Shown here piece after piece: positions 60,977 to 64,000 of a stretch of 64,000 nucleotides of DNA; within the stretch, counting starts at the first letter, position 1; every line of letters begins with the position of its first letter. A program made the position numbers and the translations under genes. The DNA is from an uncultured Holophagales bacterium. GTDB lineage: Bacteria; Acidobacteriota; Thermoanaerobaculia; Multivoradales; UBA5704. Below the pieces are notes generated by a model. The model saw only the letters and a list, made by a program, of their open reading frames with translations, made no database searches and had not been told where the DNA came from. The stretch spans positions 32,001-96,000 of the forward strand of contig CAWJGT010000032.1 in NCBI GenBank assembly GCA_963842525.1. Reading direction: 5' to 3'.

Positions 60977-62614
60977 GTGGATCCACGCAAGCTCGGAACC
61001 CTGATCTTCGCGGCGGCCCTCGCCGTTGCCGCTCCCGCCTGCGCCGCGTCCGACCTCGGGAAGGTGGACTTCCCGACCTCTGGAGGGGCGGCGGCGCAGG
61101 AGCACTTCGTGCGCGGCGTGGCCGCCCTCCACAGCTTCTGGTATGACGAGGCAGCCGACGAGTTCCGCGCCGCCCAGAAGGCGGAGCCCGGCTTCGCCAT
61201 GGCGTACTGGGGCGAGGCCCTGACGTACAACCATCCAATCTGGAGCGAGCAGGATCTGGAGGCGGCCCGCGCCGCTCTCGCGCGTCTCGCGGCCACGCCG
61301 GAGCAGAGGGCGGCCAAGGCGCCGACCGAGCGGGAGCGGGCCTGGCTCGGCGCCGTCGAGGCCCTCTATGGCGAGGGAGATAAAGCCGAGCGCGACCGGG
61401 CCTACATGGAGGCTATGCGCCGGCTCTCCGAACGCTCGCCCGACGACCTCGAGGCCGCCAGCTTCTACGCCCTGTCGCTGATCGGGCCGGCCCTCATCGG
61501 CAACGGTGCCTTCGGCGAGCCGCGCGACCACATTCTCATGCGGGCTGCGGCGATCCTCGAGGAGCAACTCGACCGCAACCCGCAGCACCCCGGGGTTCTC
61601 CACTATCTGATCCACGCCTACGACGACCCGACGCATGCCCCGCTCGGCCTGCGCGCCGCCCGCACCTACGCCCAGGTCGCGCCGGCCGCGCACCATGCGC
61701 TGCACATGCCGTCGCACATCTTCGTGCAGCTCGGGCGCTGGGCGGAGGTCGCCGCGTCGAACGAGGCCTCCTGGGCCGCGTCGGTGGCCTGGACGGAGCA
61801 GCGCAAGCTCCCTCTCGACAAGCGCGACTTCCACAGCCTCGGCTGGCTCGCCTACGCCTATCTCCAGCAGGGCCGGTACGGAAAGGCCGGAGAGGTGCTG
61901 GAGATCGCCCGGCAGGCGGCACAGGAGAGCGGGAGCCAGCGGATCGCGACCTCCCTGGAGTCCATGGAGGCCCGGCAACTGGTCGAGACGCGAGCCTGGG
62001 GCGAGGCGGAGCTGCCGGCCGGTGTGACCGAGGGCGCGGCCGGGGCCGAGGGCATGCACTGCGGAGGCCACTCCGGAGAGAACGGCGCCATGGTGTTCGC
62101 GGCCGGCCTGGCCGCGGCGCGGCGCGGTGACGTGGCCGCGGCCGAGGCGGCGATCGCCCGGCTGCGGACACTTCCCAAGGGAGGCCCGCGGGGGTACGGC
62201 AGCGACGCGGTCGGGGTGATGGAGAAGGAGATCTCGGCCATGGTCCTGCTGGCCCGCGGGCGCTCCGCCGAAGCCCTGGAGCAACTCGCCGAAGCGGCCC
62301 GGGCCGAGGAGGCCATGCCCCCACCCTCGGGTCCGCCGGACCTCCTCAAGCCGGCGCTCGAGCTCTACGGCGAGGTCCTGCTCGAGCAGGGCCGGGCTGC
62401 CGAGGCGATCCAGCAGCTCGAGCGGTCGCTGCTGCGCATGCCGAACCGCGCCGCCTCGCTCCTGGGAGCCGCCCGGGCCGCCGCCCGCCTCGGCCGGACC
62501 GAGGAGGCACGGGCGCACTACACCACCCTGGCCGAGATCTGGCGCCAGGCCGACGCCGGCCTGCCCGATCTGGCGGAGGTCCGGAGCTTCCTGGCCAGCC
62601 GCCCGGCGCGGTGA
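60977..62614 (+). CDS. Secreted TPR-repeat protein
   Basis: Signal peptide; LGKVDFPTS, GVAALHSFWY, FAMAYWG, HPGVLHYLIHAYD, HALHMPSHIF. Confidence 0.85.
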   Translation: MDPRKLGTLIFAAALAVAAPACAASDLGKVDFPTSGGAAAQEHFVRGVAALHSFWYDEAADEFRAAQKAEPGFAMAYWGEALTYNHPIWSEQDLEAARAALARLAATPEQRAAKAPTERERAWLGAVEALYGEGDKAERDRAYMEAMRRLSERSPDDLEAASFYALSLIGPALIGNGAFGEPRDHILMRAAAILEEQLDRNPQHPGVLHYLIHAYDDPTHAPLGLRAARTYAQVAPAAHHALHMPSHIFVQLGRWAEVAASNEASWAASVAWTEQRKLPLDKRDFHSLGWLAYAYLQQGRYGKAGEVLEIARQAAQESGSQRIATSLESMEARQLVETRAWGEAELPAGVTEGAAGAEGMHCGGHSGENGAMVFAAGLAAARRGDVAAAEAAIARLRTLPKGGPRGYGSDAVGVMEKEISAMVLLARGRSAEALEQLAEAARAEEAMPPPSGPPDLLKPALELYGEVLLEQGRAAEAIQQLERSLLRMPNRAASLLGAARAAARLGRTEEARAHYTTLAEIWRQADAGLPDLAEVRSFLASRPAR

Positions 62615-62632
62615 CCCGCGGCGCCCCGGCAG

Positions 62633-62818
62633 TCACCGCGAGATCCGGCGGAAGGCCGAGATCGCGCGCAGGGCGGCGAGTTGGGCTAGGGGGACGGCGA
62701 TCAGGTACGCCGCGGTCTCGCCGCCGACCGCCCAGCCGCCGCCCTGCAGCCATCGGGCCACCGCCCAGCCGGCGGTCCAGGTCACCGTCAACAACAGCCA
62801 GATCAGCAGCCAGCGCAT
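62633..62818 (-). CDS. Small membrane protein (61 aa)
   Basis: GGGGAG RBS + ATG; two hydrophobic helices; fills the intergenic gap. Confidence 0.55.
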   Translation of the reverse strand: MRWLLIWLLLTVTWTAGWAVARWLQGGGWAVGGETAAYLIAVPLAQLAALRAISAFRRISR

Positions 62819-62881
62819 CGGATCTCCCCAGGTCCGGCCGATCCTACCGGGGAAGGCTCCCGCGGGGATAGGATCTCCACC

Positions 62882-63574
62882 ATGGAGAGAGAGGCCCTGG
62901 ACCGCGACCCCACCTGGAAGCTGCTGCGGCTGCTGTTCAAGCCCCACCCCTGGCACGGCGTGGCCATCGGCCCGGACGCTCCCGGCGTGGTGGCCGTCTA
63001 CGTCGAGATCGTTCCCACCGACACGGTCAAATACGAGATCGACAAGCCGAGCGGCCATCTCAAGGTCGACCGGCCTCAGAAGTACTCCAACGTCTGCCCG
63101 ACCCTCTACGGGTTCATCCCTCAGACCTACTGCGGTGGGCAGGTGGCCGCCCTCTCGCAGGGCCGGACCGGGCGCCCGACGGTCCGCGGCGACGGCGATC
63201 CCCTGGACATCTGCGTCCTCAGCGAAAAGGCGTTCACCCACGGCGACTTCCTGCTGCGGGCGGCGCCGATCGGAGGCCTGCGGCTGATCGACAACGACGA
63301 GGCGGACGACAAGATCATCGCCGTCCTTCAGGGGGATGTCGCCTTCGGCCACCTCCGCGAGATCGAGGACCTCCCCGCCGCGCAGATCGAGCGCCTGAAG
63401 CACTACTTCCTCACCTACAAGCTCGCTCCCGGAGAGGAGCGGAGCCAGGTCGAGGTCACCCACGTCTACGGCCGGGCGGAGGCCTGTGAGGTGATCGAGA
63501 GGAGCCGCGAGGACTACCGGGAGCTGTTCCCGGACCTCGAGGAGCGGTTCCTCCAGGTCCTGCGGCACGAGTGA
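62882..63574 (+). CDS. ppa: Inorganic pyrophosphatase (family I)
   Basis: HPWHG, KYEIDK, VDR, YGFIPQTY, DGDPLDICVL, DDKIIAV, F..YK. Confidence 0.95.
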   Translation: MEREALDRDPTWKLLRLLFKPHPWHGVAIGPDAPGVVAVYVEIVPTDTVKYEIDKPSGHLKVDRPQKYSNVCPTLYGFIPQTYCGGQVAALSQGRTGRPTVRGDGDPLDICVLSEKAFTHGDFLLRAAPIGGLRLIDNDEADDKIIAVLQGDVAFGHLREIEDLPAAQIERLKHYFLTYKLAPGEERSQVEVTHVYGRAEACEVIERSREDYRELFPDLEERFLQVLRHE

Positions 63575-63581
63575 GCCCCTG

Positions 63582-63612
63582 AAAAAACAAAACCCGGGGA
63601 TTTCTCCCCGGG
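63582..63612 (-). terminator. Intrinsic terminator for a minus-strand transcript, possibly bidirectional
   Basis: CCCGGGGA-TTTC-TCCCCGGG hairpin (63593-63612) with an A-tract on its left, i.e. a U-tract on the minus strand. Confidence 0.7.
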
Positions 63613-63924
63613 CCGTTGGCGACTGCGCCTTTACTGCGCCCTACCGCGCTTCAAAACAGCTCCATCAGATAAGAACCAGTACTCCCTCCAAACCGAAGCA
63701 ACAGATCAATGGATTCAAAGAGGCGCGAGCCCAACGGCCCGACCCGCACGCAGAGTAGCCTGAACTCTCCAAAACGTCCTCACTGGAGGGCTAAAACTTC
63801 CTCAAAAAATCTCAAAACAGGCGTACAATCGTCTCAAAGAACCGGCTCAGGGAGAGCTCCTCGTCGGGTTTCCCTCCTCGGAGAAGGTGGTCGCTGGCGG
63901 TAGCGCCGGCATGTAATACGAAAA

Positions 63925-64000
63925 ATGAGCGTCGCTCCAGTTCCTCCCGAAAAGCGCTTTTACCGTTTCGACGGGTACGTCGTCGATCCGGTCCGGCGCC
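63925..64000 (+). CDS. 5' start of a probable winged-helix (CadC/OmpR-type DNA-binding) protein, truncated by the window end
   Basis: MSVAPVPPEKRFYRFDGYVVDPVRR resembles the YRFGxFxLDxxRR N-terminus of such proteins. Confidence 0.55.
   Translation, partial: MSVAPVPPEKRFYRFDGYVVDPVRR

Overview
High-GC bacterial chromosomal window. Gene content, XRE-TPR proteins and repeat style suggest an Acidobacteriota/Thermoanaerobaculia-like genome; this is an inference. Housekeeping blocks (ilvE-pilT-recX-alaS, slt-pgsA-MMPL, pyk, ffh, apaH, ppa), a MoxR/DUF58/SpoIIM/RDD cluster with B-box proteins and cyanophycin genes (cphB and cphA, each with a sigma-54-type promoter) alternate with accessory or defence-like material. 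That material includes a type IIG-like restriction-modification gene disrupted by a compact IS66 (14-bp inverted repeats and 8-bp target duplication visible), and an island with MNT-HEPN, TIR-nSTAND-WD40 and a solo TIR bracketed by a duplicated gene 3' end. There are also three tandem arrays built from ~21-bp subunits and a candidate tandem histone-fold protein. The most notable candidate new system is a coupled two-gene locus at 50916-58712: a ~2,000-aa soluble beta-propeller/helical protein ending in a histidine-kinase-like module, followed by a receiver domain fused to a SIR2-like domain. This would be a phosphorelay-gated NAD-targeting effector, possibly anti-phage. All domain calls come from reading motifs by eye; no database searches were run.
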